NCBI GenBank assembly: GCA_051362555.1
Contig: CM120644.1
Coordinates: forward strand, 9,804,954-9,868,953
Length of the DNA: 64,000 nt
Source: Lingula anatina
Lineage: Eukaryota; Animalia; Brachiopoda
Direction: 5' to 3'
Shown: one piece after another, positions 11,159 to 24,991 of the stretch
How positions within the stretch are numbered: the first letter of the stretch is position 1
Layout: the number at the start of each line of letters is the position of its first letter
Notes under the pieces: generated by a model
Told to the model about the DNA's origin: nothing
Databases searched by the model: none
The model's input: only the letters and a program-made list of their open reading frames with translations
Position numbers and translations under genes: made by a program

Positions 11159-12854
11159 TACCCTCTACCAGGGCGACTGACCTGAAGGCTTTATTCTCGC
11201 TCTGCTTGAGCTTCGCTTCGCGACGATGTGCTAACTGCACGTTACGCAACCTGTCTAGGCTCTGCTGTCTGCAAAAACCAGTCACGTGGTTGGAAGGGGT
11301 TTTCCGAAGTGAGCCGTATCCCACAATTCCGTACTGCAGCTTTAAAAAAATGTCGGCTATCACGCCCGTTGTTTCCTCACATACCTTGAAGTATTAAATA
11401 AACGTACCGGTCGGTACGTCAATTAATTTTTCAAATTTCTTCCCATTGGTACGCTCCATTTCCACCCAGTACGCTTATTAATTTTTCAAAAATCTACCAC
11501 CCGGTATGTTTATTAAATACCTATCGTTGGGAAAATATACAAGTACAAGTCAAGTTTTTTATTTTCCTAAATTTAAGTATAATGAGAAGAAATATCGGTG
11601 CAGCTACTGTTCGACATTCGCACTGGAAAGTAGGTCAAGCTGAAGTCGCTCTCTGAACACTACGATACATGCGTCATCTGATTTCAGTTCCTATAAATAG
11701 ACGTACTTTCTCCTCAACAGTGACAACTGCTCATGTATATCGATCGAATGATGTAATGTCGCAAGGTGATAGGATCATATTTATAGCTAAGAAGGTCATT
11801 TCAAGTGCAGCAAAGAAGTTGTGTCTGTTTTCAAACGTCAATTATTTCATGCCGATTTATGATATAAACGATGTTAAATCACATTTCTATGTAAGTTTAA
11901 CCCTTAGGAGTTTACAGGTATGCAAAACACTCCTTATATCTGAGAATAAATATACTTTGAATATTATAACGTCTCCGTATGACTATCGGAGGCGGCTTAG
12001 GTGCGATATATCTGGGTCTTCGGACCCTGGCGATTATTAAATTTAACTCACGGCAAATTTTTTTATTTTTTGAAAATAAATTAGATATCTTGTTTTTAAG
12101 ATAAATAAATTATAATACTGAGTGAATTTTACCTGGTGAAAATTTTTTTAACACTGATAAATAGCTAGTTTTTTTTCTTTCTCTTCTTTATTTTTATTTA
12201 TTTATTTCATTTTTTTTTTGGGGGGGGGGCGGGGGGAGGAGTGGTGTGAAGGTTTTTTCCGGGAAGTACTTTTATTCCATCCAGTACTTTTATTAAATTT
12301 CGAGATTTTTTTCCACCCAGTACTTTTATTCCATCAGTACTTTTATTAAACTTTGAGATTTTTTCCACCCAGTACATTTTATTCCAACATACACGTTCTT
12401 CCCACTGACTGCAGCACTCACCGCTTCAAATTAATATTCTGTCAGCCCTTCGAAATTCCAAAATTTGCTTACTATCCGATCTGCTTCTTCACGCTCCATA
12501 CCGTAACAATGCTTTCAGGCTGCTACTGCACCAGTATTTATACCTCTGCAACTACTTCAGGGGATTCCACAGTTAGCTGAAGTAATAAACTATTCACTGG
12601 GGGCTATTTTTATCTGTGTCAGAAGAGCAAGTGATTAAGGTCAGAGCAATTAACTGTCTTGATTGCTGTCACGCAGACTTGGACTGGACCTGCCAAGTGG
12701 CAGTGCCTGAGCAGTTATGCAAACAATTACCAGCCATGTAATCAACCTTGAGATTTCTGTACAGGGTGACTTAGAGTTAAAATGACAATCTATCTAGCTA
12801 GAGACATATCTGTGAATATCCGTAAAAATCTATCAGTCGCCCTGGTAGAGGGTA
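11159..12854. mobile_element. Non-autonomous DNA transposon with 22-bp TIR TACCCTCTACCAGGGCGACTGA and 9-bp TSD (MULE/Mutator-like by TSD length)
   Basis: Perfect TIRs 11159-11180 and 12833-12854; GTAAGACCC at 11150-11158 and 12855-12863. The right ~300 bp is homologous (inverted) to 45805-46110. Confidence 0.88.
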
Positions 12855-13236
12855 GTAAGACCCCCTCCTCTTTAACTGATGTCTTACACTGTTAATATTG
12901 ACCGCACTTTCATATATTATGTAATACACTGTCAGACTTTCCCCTGTTGCACGTTGGCGTTGGATTGTACTTGTGCCTCTGTCAATGCACCTCATTTAGT
13001 TTAAATATTTTTACCGCATAAACCTTTGTGGTTAAGAGTTATTAGTTTAGTAGTAGAAATAGGATGCTTGGACAAAAAGCTTCTAGTCAACTCGCTAAGA
13101 CCTAGGGTGTGATGCTGCTATCATTCGAGGAAACACCTACACTGAATCCTTTACCTGAAGTCCCCCTAGCTGAAACAAAAAATGCCCCTTGAACCGGTCC
13201 ATTTTTAAAGCGTCGAATCATTTTTGATATCATTGA

Positions 13237-13448
13237 AGCCTCCTTTACACTGGACGGCGTCCTTTCTGCGTCCAGCAGTACGACTCCATTTGAAAGTTAA
13301 AAAATTATAATACTTTACGTGCCGACAACTGGCCGGTCGATAAGGATTCATTCTGATACAAAATCAATGCCCGTGCCTCCTTATTAAGACCACAACGATT
13401 CCAAATTTCATGGTCGCAGAAAGGACGCCGCCCAGTGTAAAGGGGGTA
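13237..13448. mobile_element. PIF/Harbinger-like MITE
   Basis: TIR ...CCTTTACACTGGACGGCGTCCTTTCTGCG / CGCAGAAAGGACGCCGCCCAGTGTAAAGG...; TGA on both flanks (3-bp TNA TSD). Confidence 0.75.
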
Positions 13449-15214
13449 TGAGCGTTAAAGCGTAGGTTTATTCATCATGATCTATTTTGTAAACAATACT
13501 TGCCTAGATTTTACTTGGATTGATCATTGTCACTGTTTGGCTACTCGCCTATAATGCGTGCTGAATGACAGACAACTTATAAATATTATCTGTGTTACTG
13601 TGTTTATGACCACGTTAAGTTAAAATAGAACGGTATCGGTGATTTAATCCATCCAACATATTTATATTTCTTCTTTTAAGTCCAGTGTTAGGTTAACATC
13701 AAGTTAAAGCAAGCCTTGCAGATTGATTTTGTTTAAATTTTCGTAAATTAAGTAAAGCTAAGTAAAGCCTGTTTCTACATGTAGTTCATCCACACTATAA
13801 AACTGCATGAAGGATAACAAGTCTCTGAAGCCAATTAACTTTCACAATGCCCTGTGTTTTAGAGTCCCATGTTATACTGTACAATAAAATGAGTATGGCC
13901 TGAGAGAAATATAAATATGAAGCCGTGTATGAAGATGTTTCAAATAATAAAAATCAAGAATTTATACATGTTAGGTACATGCACATCACTTGATAAGTCA
14001 TTTCACAAAAATGGCATCTAATTTTTCAGATAAACCCCCACTTTTATCGATCTCAACGCCTTGTCTGATGTTTACATGTAGGCGTATACTCCAATATTTA
14101 TTGCGAACAATATCAATAGCGACTCGAGATCGTTGCCTGTTTTTCACACTTTTACACAAACTCATGAAGGGTTAATAAAAGGATTCGCGTTGCGACATCT
14201 ATCTCTTTCTTTCGAACAAGAAAATTAAGGGCTGACCCGAAGTAAGCTTTCATAACTAATTTCTCTTTGACTGTACAGGGGTATATTGTAATTACTCCAC
14301 TTGGTCGCCTCCATTGTCTTGTAACATTGACAAAGAATGTGTTTTCACACGCTAGTTTACATAACTCCTTTGCCTTGTGTCTTTATCAAGGTTATAATCA
14401 GTTTGAATAGGTTGTCTTGCCTCACTTAAAAAGGGAGTTGTTCTTCACACTGGTTGTTGCCTACATTTGTGTAACTTATGCTAACCTACTTTGTATAAAT
14501 ATGGTTTTAATAAGTCGCCAAAACTATGACACTAGTGAACATTGTGTATCAAACATTTTGATACGATTAAATAAATGTGCAAGAAGGATTACGGAATGAG
14601 TTACTATTTACCTCTCCCCACGCGCCCTTCAAAAAATGCTTTTTTGATTTCGAAATGAATTTGTTTTTAACGCAAAGAAGTCCAATACCCCTTTCACGAC
14701 TCAGTCATTGTACAGCATGTTATATTACTCTTTACCCTTTTTATATGACACTGTCTCTGTTTCTCTCCCCTTTTACTTTCTCTTGTTAGAAAGAGGGCAA
14801 ATAATTAAGCATTCAAAATATGCATCACCAATCTTCAGAAAAGAATGAGTGAATGAACCATTGGGCTGGCCCACAACGTCCGACACAGCAGAATAAATTA
14901 AATAACAGCTTTCACAGATTTAACTGCAGTTAGCTGTACAGCGTCACTATATACATAATCTGCTGCACGCGCGAAGCTGTTGAACAAAAGGGTAGTTCTC
15001 TAGGGAAGACCTTTTGTTTACATAAGTACTCTAAGGGGGCGTGACTAACCAGGCGACAAGAGGATTAGGCTAGTCACTATATTCCGTCAAATTCGTTTAG
15101 CGACCCTATCATTATCACACTCCCTCTATTGTATTTTCTGACGTTATAATTGTATCTAATCTTCTTATGGTAGATGGAAAAAATGCACACATATATAATC
15201 TTATGACTGTAATT

Positions 15215-15850
15215 AAGCCCTTAAGAATAATCCACTTGGCGGCCAATTTCGAAAAAGTTTCTAACAACTCCATGGATGATGCGTTGAAAATTGAAAAAAA
15301 ATTACCTTTAAACGTTTTTCATTGCTAACATGTTTCAAGACTTTTCATAGGATAAAATTTGGATGTTCAGCATTGAAAAATGAATTAAGGTATTTTTTTC
15401 AATTAGTCGTGCGTTAGAGCATATTCTTCGCTCGGTTTACTAGCCGATGTATGGTGCGCAATCCCCGAGATCGTAGATCCCCTTTTCGCATGCTGACACG
15501 CTTCTCAATATCTCAGCCGGTCTGAAAACTGGGTCAAATCCTTGGATGATCCTTCTCAACTTGCCCTGAAATATTTAACTTCCTCGTTAATATATTCGAT
15601 TTATTACTAAGGAGTGAAAGAGACTTCGGTTTATTACTAAGGAGTGAAAGAGATATCCCAATAGTACTAGCATTATATATTAGATGTAACAGTCTTTTAG
15701 ATGTGGCAAGGTGTTAGGTAAGATAGGCATAGCATTGTCTAAAATATAACAGTGTGTTAGGTGTGACGGTGTGTTTGGTGTAATATTGTATAAGGTGTCA
15801 CGCTGTGTTAGGTGTGAGAGTGTGTTAGGTATAACATTGTGTTCGATGTG
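15215..15850. repeat. Dispersed repeat, copy 2, ending in a degenerate gtgtgttaggtgtga minisatellite
   Basis: Matches 2396-2920; carries an internal ~29-bp tandem duplication (tttattactaaggagtgaaagaga x2, 15600-15655). Confidence 0.85.
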
Positions 15851-15859
15851 AAATGGTAT

Positions 15860-18800
15860 TTATAACTTCACCTGCATACAGGGATGCTTCATGACTGGTT
15901 CAACAATTTCATGACATTTTCGTGAGCAGTGTCTCCCATTCCTTACGTCACAGACCTTCTCAAACTCCGCATTCTTCTTTACTTTGTCAAGCACACCATA
16001 GTACTTAGCCAGTCGACAGTCTCCGTATTCTAAATGTAAATTAGTTTACTTCTTAGCTACGACTGTCAATCGCAAAATACCCTTTATATTATAAACATTG
16101 AAACGAAATAGAAATGAAACGAAAAATAAACTTCTCAATGCAAAAACTCAGACTAAATTGTCGAATGAAAAAAAATGGAATAGAACATCCAACCCCAGGC
16201 TAGATAAATTAGCTACGCCAAAAGCTTAAAAAGAAATCAATCACCCTATGACCCGGGGTGGATTCATTGATAAAGTTGTAAATATGGCAAATGTGGTGAC
16301 ATTATAAATACGACTCTTCTAAACAAATGTAAAGAACCAATGACTTCAAAGTTTTTGCTATCTGTTTTAACAGATTTTAATCTTTTTCATAAGTTAAAAA
16401 AAGCGCATCACTGTGGAAACATGGAGGTAATAGTAAAGGATAATGAAAAACATTTACCTTGACCCCCACAACTGTCATAATTGTCTAACTGAATGCAGTC
16501 TGGGTTAAAAGGCTGACGTGGATAGTAGGTAAAGATAGCAAAACACATTTCATCCTGAAATGTACAGCAACCAGATGTTTAATAATACGTAAAACCGACT
16601 GAAAATGTTCTAATATTGTCTTAAAAGATGCCACTTTCACGGCATAAAATGCGCGTTAAGTATTTATGTGGCGGGATGGACATCCCTGCTTGGGCCTCAG
16701 TCAATGAATTTCTGGATGCATTTGCTTTGAGATATTAGCGTGGCGTAGCATGCCCTTCAGCTGGCAGTTAGGTGACTGAGGCCCAAGCAGGGATGTCCAT
16801 CCCGCCACTGCCGCCATTGTAATGAGAGTGGCAGATTTCGACCCGTTTTCCCTACCTGCGTTCCCAGCCCAAAATAGGTTGTGTTGGCATGTCTCTGCTT
16901 TTTACCACGCTTTGAGGTAAATGTACAATATGTGCGGAACTCATCACCTGCAGCAAATGATAATTCGTTTTGTTACTTCTTTCTTTATTTTTTAACTACT
17001 TGCTGCCGTATGGAACAAGGTATGCTATAAGTTTGCATGTTTTTTAAATTGCATGCAATATTTTAATCATTGCTTACTGATCGGAGGACCGTCGCAGTTA
17101 AAAAAAAGATACCTACAAGGCAAAACCGTTTTTACCGTACGTAGCTTTTTTTAAATTAAAAAACTCACCTTTTTTAAATACGATGGGAGGGTCAAAGGTG
17201 TGCAGATTCGGCGTCTCGTAGGTATAGTATGGATCATCTGATACAACTCTCAGTAGTTTGCCATCTCTCCATTGCTCTAATTTCCCTGCTATACCTGGAA
17301 AACATTAAAATAGAGCACATCTTTGGTATATGCCTGTCTCTAAAATTGTTATTAAAATGCAGTTTCAAATTTTGGATTTTGTCTCTTTTTGGCATGAAAG
17401 ATTATATTTCACTTCAACTCTTTTCAGCAATGCCTTTTATTGGCAATGTCTCTGAAATTCCAACGAAATTATTTTGTTGGTCGAATGTTTGACTTTATAC
17501 AGTGCTTGTATCTTTATGAATTTGAAATAAAGAGCTAAACCCGTTTACATAGACTGAAAACTTCTGTAATCTAGCAAGTTCAGTGCAAAAGAAACAGTCA
17601 TGACTTGGAAGACAATTACACAACACCCATGAAGTCCGTCACTGCAAACATTGGAAAGTTGGATCATTTTTTCTATGTTCACTGGAATGTGCTTTTTTGT
17701 TAAAACTTATAATGAGAACGTAATTTCCTGTAAGTGTCTGTACATATGCAGCTTTGCTGTCTACTTAGTTCTGCGCATTCCAATAAATCACAGTGTTGTT
17801 TTAGCTCCACTGTACCTTGATAATGCATGTGCATAAGAACTGAGGTCACATTGATGTCCTGATTAAACTTCTCCTCGGTACACTTGGACTGGCACACCCC
17901 GGACATGGTCAAACTGTCCACTCCTGGGGGAATCTCCAGGGCAAACTGACCAAATGTGCCCGTCCCCTCGGAGAATGGACGCAGGCGGTCAGTGTAGAAC
18001 ATGCGTATTCCGGAGTTGTCTGGAAATTTGGTTGAATTTTCAATATCTATATTATGCAGGATTCGACCTTGATGCTGTGATACATATGCATTTGTAAAAG
18101 TCTAAAATTTCTATGTTTAAGCCCGACAAGGATTTTTGGTTCAGAATAAAAAAATCCTGTCGACTTCACTTGGTGAGTCAGAAAATTTCATTTAAAAAAT
18201 CTGTGTTCGTTCCTTTTGGCCGATCATTGACAGTGTGTCATAATAATAATAATAATGATAATAATAATAATAATTATTATTATTATTATTATTATTATTA
18301 TTTGTATAAATGTGATATTTCTGGGAATACAACCTACCTGTATAATCTGCTCTCAGCTCTGGGTTGTTCCAGTGTATTTCCACAGCCAGATATTCATACG
18401 AGCCTTTTCCGAATGGAACCCCTGTATTCTTTGAAAGACAATATCCCTCCATCCCAGTGGACCAAACTGTTATTGTTTGACGGCACTCGGGTAACATGTT
18501 ACATAGATGGGGGCCCTGGTATTTTCAAAACGATACGGTCTTGAATAATAAAATGACTTTACATCTAAAGTAATAAATAAAAAATAGACGTAACCCGGTA
18601 AACACATTTACTGTACGTATTTGTATTTGTCAGCGTAACCCCTATGGCATGCATACACATATTAATTGTGTTTCACAAAATCTTTTTCATAATATTAACA
18701 AAACAAACATAAATATAAAACTAGTCTTCTGGTACTTCCTGTAAAAACATGTTATGATGATAAACACTTGGTGGGTAATACATTTAAGTAAAAGAAAAAT

Positions 18801-20873
18801 CACTGGATAAATTACCTTTCTAAGTGGCGTTCTCGAGCACCCATAAACGACCATGTGGTGAAGAACCATGTTGTTGCCTATGATGGGTTCAAAAGCGACA
18901 GCGTGGTACTCCTTGTCAGTTGGAACCTGCAATGGAACAGCGATATGCTAATGTGTGATCCGAATATGAACATGAGCGTATGGTTTAAATTATTTTTTCA
19001 TTGTGATGGGTGAATCCTGTTTTGGCTGTATGTATCGAGTCAGCTCACTTCGCGTCTTGCATTTTCTAGTATGTGCTCCTTCCTCTCTTCCTCCAAATTT
19101 ATTTTGTTTTCATAGTTTATTGTTTTTCGGACTAAAGCTGTATGATTACCTTGAAAACATTACATATGTAAGTTGTTTCCTCTGCTGGCACCGAGGTTTC
19201 TGGGAACCTGAGGTCAAAGGTCTTCACGTGCGACTCCTTGGTGGCGGTGCAGTTGTATTCTCCCTGGCATTCGTAAGTGAAATTCTGAACACGACGACAA
19301 TGTGCCGAGTCCACCGGTTCACAAATACCTGAAGAGACAAGTTAGCTTATAAAGCCATATTGGATAAAATTTTGAACATTAAAGTATTAGTATTCATTAT
19401 TCATTCATAATTCCGATTTGTTGCAAATAAACATTTTTTACCTGGATGTGTAATATTTTCGGTCCTTAGAACGGCCGAAACCGAGTTTTCTTGCCAGGCA
19501 CAGTTAGGGTCTCCAAGTTCTTCACCGTTTGTCTTCCCGTCCTGATCAGAGTCCTTCCTACACAGTTCAGAGGTCCACTGGTAATTAGCGGCCTTAAAGT
19601 CCTGAAGAAGAGCACCAATTCTACTAATCAACTATAAAGAAGTATATTATTCGGATTGAAACCATTCCGGAAGGCAGTGCGAGAAATGACCTTGAAGAGA
19701 CCGGGAAAAGAACATCGTTTAAGTGAACGACTTACTAATTTCTCAAGACTATTTCATTTATGGTGACTGTCAGAAAAGTAGGATCATTGGCTGCTTAGAA
19801 GGAGAAATGTAATGTTTAGATCTACTGCTTGGAAATGCCTTAAGAATGAGTCAGTCAAGGGAAAATCTTACATTGGGCACATTTTAAGCTCTGTCGCGCG
19901 ACCACCTTGACCTATTCGCTTTCAAGTTCTGAGGTGACTGGTTCACGTTAATATTAAAATGTATTACATCTCATTAATAGCATAGGATATAGAAACAAGT
20001 ATAACTGTACATATAAAAAACAGTATGTAAAACAGAAAGGCGTTATTTAGCAGATCAGTGTGTTGGTTGAATTGTTCAATGGAGATGTCTTTGGCTCAGT
20101 AATTTGACAGACTACCAGATAAACATGTACCAGACTCTAAGATAAGTAGGAAGTTAGATATATGGGCAATTAATAAATGATAAAATGAATAAAAAATATG
20201 AAAAGAGTTGGCCCTACAAGTATAACTAGTAACCATGGTGCAAGGGGATAAACATGTATATGGAAACGGTAGATTGGCCGACGATGTTTTCAAACAGGCG
20301 TCTGTGACAAGATTTGTTATTAAGGTCTAAGATAAGATAAATTTTGGTAAACAATGAAGACCCAAAAGTCGTATTTGCTACCATGTAATACAGATAAATA
20401 ACTGAATAAATAATAAATACATTAATGAATTAATAGAAAAAAATTGATACCATAGCGCCAAAATAAAATACATAAACGAGTAAATCCATAAAACAAACCT
20501 TTAGAAACAAACAGATGGATATTTAGAAAAAAATTATTGAAGAGATTGATCTATGAACAAAAGAATGTATTAATCAAAATTCACAGACGGATGTCACTGA
20601 CTGTGCCGTGAACCTTAAATGTAGCCGGCCAACCAACACTTCTTTGGTGAAATTAAGCAAATACAAACCCAGCCAACCTACCAGTCCAAACTGGTTATTG
20701 GGCTGTCCGCCTGCCAGCTTGACGTGTCCCAATGCCAGCCATTTGGTGTTCTCCTTGCATGGGTGGGGGACGTTCTGGCCGTTAGGAAGCCTATTACCAA
20801 AGTATGGGTAAGCACTAGAAACGGTTATGATCGCTGCGAAAACACAAACCAAAAGTGCCACGCGATTCGACAT
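15860..20873 (-). CDS. Secreted temptin-domain / DBH-like (MOXD1/tyramine beta-hydroxylase-like) copper type II ascorbate-dependent monooxygenase
   Basis: Exons 20873-20682, 19601-19442, 19328-19150, 18926-18816, 18515-18338, 18019-17816, 17294-17169, 16947-16856, 16554-16458 and 16029-15872 (or read-through to TAA at 15860), all GT-AG with matching phases. Signal peptide; temptin motifs (LPNGQNVPHPC, LGH, NQFGLDF, LCRKDSDQDGKTNGEELGDPNCAW, THPGICEP); copper ligands in LHHMVVYGC, EIHWNNP, MHMHYQG and DEMC. The 3' end is uncertain. Confidence 0.92.
16668..16808. mobile_element. Small intronic palindromic element with perfect 36-bp inverted repeats
   Basis: GTGGCGGGATGGACATCCCTGCTTGGGCCTCAGTCA (16668-16703) and its reverse complement (16773-16808); no clear TSD. 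Confidence 0.7.
18241..18302. repeat. (TAA)n followed by (TTA)n microsatellite (self-complementary)
   Basis: Directly visible; intronic. Confidence 0.9.
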
Positions 20874-21721
20874 TTTGGTGACTGCTCTGGCCCGGTAGTT
20901 GAAGCGTTGATAAACGGCAGGAAGATATGGCAGATGCTGCTGCGATGAGACCAGCCGTCCTCAAATTCTGCAAATATATGAAATAAAGTGAATAGTCAGG
21001 TTAAGCCACTCAGATGGAGCAAGGCTTTACCACTTCTTGTGAACTGATGCCCTGTTCGCGCTTCTTCCCGGGTTGTCAGTCCTTTAATCCTAACGGACGC
21101 GCCAACCCTTTTTAACCCCGTCTGCTATCACATGGTTAAACACACGTTTCCTGACTAAGATTTATTTTAAGTCCTGGTATCAAAACAGGTGATCAAATCT
21201 TGGTGATCGTCACTCTTATCGACTTCCAACAGCAGATCTTGCAGTGACTCAATCCCTTCTACACCAAGTGACCTGCCGGAGTTGACATGCTGAAGGCACG
21301 TGTACTTCACCATGTCAGAAACGGTGTCGTTATTTGATTTTCTGGTGGATTGATTTGGATTTGTTTCAGTAACGGGGCACGTTACTTTTTGGTCTCTTTG
21401 CAGTTGTATACCTTTGGCGTTGTGAAACCTGGATGACTCTCAGTTGAATCAGGTAAATGTACTGAGTAAATTTCTGAAGAAACATACTGATGACATTTGT
21501 TAAATACAAAATGGCCACCAACAACCAAAGAAATAACAATTTCCTCTTAAATGGCTTAAAAGGTTGAGTTATTTCACTTTCCAACATAGTTATGCATGTA
21601 ACCGTGACATGTCATTACCTATAATGCCATGGGGCTTAACTTTGGGTGCTGTACATGTCAACACTGAAGTTTTATGCAGCAGTTGAAACTAAAGACGGTT
21701 TCACAATATGTTCGCCAAGTC

Positions 21722-21723
<2 letters not shown>

Positions 21724-21779
<56 letters not shown>
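21724..21779. repeat. (TA)n microsatellite
   Basis: Directly visible. Confidence 0.9.
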
Positions 21780-21781
<2 letters not shown>

Positions 21782-24700
21782 CAGCCATATAAACATCTTT
21801 TTTAACCTCTTCTTGATCAAAAGTTTTAACTAGATACATATTGCAGGAATTTTAATGGTTTGGGTCCCCGTGAATAAACTTGATACCATATGTTAGGTAA
21901 TCATATGTTAGTTGTTAGCAAGATTGCCTCCATTGCCTACTCATACTCGTTCTTGACACAAAATCAGCTTATTTATGTACGAGATACATTTTTTTTTTTT
22001 TGGGAGGGGGAGCACTAATTGGATTTGCCTTATACTACAAAATGACTGTTAGCAGCCAGAGAAATAATGTTTTTTACAATGAATTGATTTAAATATTCAA
22101 TAACATGGTACATCATGCTTATTCTGCATTCTTTGGACCAAGCGTTTCTAATGCATTTTTGACCATTAAACATAAAGCACACCTTCTTTGATGTCAACAC
22201 TAGCAATTTAAGGCATTTTTAAATATGTTTAGGGAATCCGTGACGAAATGCTTTCCCTACAAGCCCGTTATTTCGTAACTGCGTCAAGGGTAAAGAAATC
22301 AGTGATAAAGTTGGGGTTACGGACGCACTAAGACAAGAGTGCTAAAAATAAATCTGACGCACTGAACACATGAAAGATTTATTTTTTTATAATAAGTGTT
22401 TTTAAAATATGTGACGCTAGATTGTGGTGAAGGTTCATGCATGTGGCGATGAATTGTGATGGTATTAATGAAACAGCTATTTTATTTATAAGCTGCTATG
22501 TCGTTTCTATAGATGAGGTAGAACATTGTTCACCATTTGAAATATTTTCATATTTGAGGATATAAACAGACGTACGAGTTTCACCGTGCTTGGTCTTTAA
22601 ACAAAATTTGAAGACCAAATCTGCCACAGTTCGAGGTAAATTTTGAAGTTGGCCCTTGTAAGATATTAGGATCAAATATTAAAAACTAAAGTTCTAAAGA
22701 CAAATGACACTCAAGGTGATCCCTCTATTTAGCGTATATTATACTACTCTACTATTATCATTATTATTCTTATTTTTATTTTTATTATTGTATGGCTGTT
22801 GTTATCGTAGGGTGAGGGTATGACGCTTTGGCGATTTACCACCTTTTACTATATGCTATATTTTGTTCCAATATTTTTTGAGAATTAAGATGTTTTGAGG
22901 ATTAAGATTTGCTCGTACTCTGGCTGTCTGCTGCTGTAGGGAAATGAAGTCCCTCAAATGCGTCAGAGGAGACACATATGTCACAATCAGGGCCATAAGG
23001 TACTGTCACAGCACGAGGGATCGTGTCAAAACTGATTTTCTGTAATTGAAAAAAGGTATTAGGGAGTTTTGCTAAATTGCATATTTCTTCAGGAGCAATC
23101 CAGCAATATTTACAATATTATGTTTAAAAAAGTCAGCGTACAGGTATAATAGCTAATTACACATGGTTTTTACAATCATCCTAGTTAAAATGCTGAGGCT
23201 ATGCTTTGTTCCTTTCTTTTTTTATTTTACATTCAATTATCTTTTCATGAAAAAACATGTAATTTTTGTAATTTTCTTTGTGTAAAGATGATTTATCATA
23301 TGTTTTCAAGTCAGCCTCCTGTGAGTAATACGTTTCTAATCTGCCTTACCTTTCAAGTCCAAAATTCCGTTTTGTATGCAAAACCGAATTAATTCAGAAA
23401 TTATGCGCAGCACATGCTGGCAAGCCATTGCCTCGTGTTTACCCGACCATAGAGTTTTGCGTGGCTCTCATCCGACTTTGTGTCCAAAACGTTTAAAATT
23501 AACGGGAAATAAATTAGAAAAGCGTGCTTTAATAGACATTTCAGTTATATGAATACATTCAGAGTAATTTTATTTATTTGTATTTTTCCACGAAAAAAAA
23601 AACGAATAAAGTTATAATACAATAAGGAACGCATGGCTGGTAGCCTAAAATATTGGATGACGTCAGTGTTTTCTTATGTGCGCAGAATAATTTTCCATGG
23701 AAACCTAAAAAATACGTAGAAACGTATTAATTGTTTATAACTTTTCCCCATTGACGTCTACGCTGTTCCTGTTTTGTTTGGTTTATTTCTTTGTCTTTTA
23801 TTCATTTTTTGGTTTAATTTTCTTGTGGGCGATTTAACGTTGTTTTTCATCTTTGTGTAATTTTTTTAACCTTTAAAAATTTCCTATAGGACTCTGTGTG
23901 ACTATGTAAAAATCCCACAAGACTACAGGAATTTTACCGGACGCTTCATGAGATTCCTATCCAAGACATGTTCTATTACCCTAGGTTCTAGATTTCAGTA
24001 TTGCCAGCTCGATCTTAATTTCATAAATTATAACCCATATCAGCAATACTGACTATAAAGCTGCCACATGAAAGGTACAGTGAGCAAGCTAGCTTTATTG
24101 TGCCCTGACACTCAGGGCATGTTCTATATGAACCTATAGGATTTGGGGCCATTTTCTATTCCCGTGGAACTCTTTTAGCAATTTTCGTAAAGGTATGGAA
24201 ACCATAAACATCTGGATGTGCTCATAATTCCATTGTTAATATTGTAACTAATGAATATCTTATGACAGTGCCAGGAGCGAATCTAGAGATAATTTCTGAG
24301 TCTTCCAAATTATATTTGATGATCCACCATCCATTTTCGACCATCTGCCGACAAAAAAAAAAGATGCCTGTCAATGTAAACTTGAAAAATCCTGACTGTC
24401 TTCCGGAAGACCCAGAAGACGGTCCCCAGCCGCCCCTGCGGTGCAGTGCATGAAGTATCCTGCCTTGGTAGAAATTATATTGAATAGAATAAGTCAAACC
24501 TTGTTGCTCAGGTTTTCCCTTTTCTTTCTGCATATTAGGCATCTAGGTATACTCTGAAACTAGAGTTGTGTTGAATTCAGGCAATTATCCAGGCTATAAT
24601 CAGAAGTTTCTTCAGCAAATTCCGTCACTTTCCTTTAAGACATCGCCTACCATACAAACCACACTTAGTTGACGTGGTGTACGTTTTCAGCACCATTTGT

Positions 24701-24946
24701 TAATAATGCCAGTCATTTCATGCCTAGGCATCATCGTTACTGAAAACTCACATCCATTTAAATGTAAATGGTATGCTGATAATAAAGGCAACCTCCCAGT
24801 ATCTCTGAAATTCGAGGAAGCATGCCCCATCGTCAGTCCAGCTTTAATTCAGTTAGTAATGATGTATAATAAATTGAACACAAACGAGATGCGTAGCCTA
24901 CCACTGATTCTGTCCGCACTCTCTCCGTCAACGGAGCAGGTTATTT

Positions 24947-24991
<45 letters not shown>

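Noticed and set aside
18113-18544. ORFs with poly-N/poly-Y tracts
   Set aside because: Translation of the TAA/TTA microsatellite; only 18338-18515 on the minus strand is a true exon.
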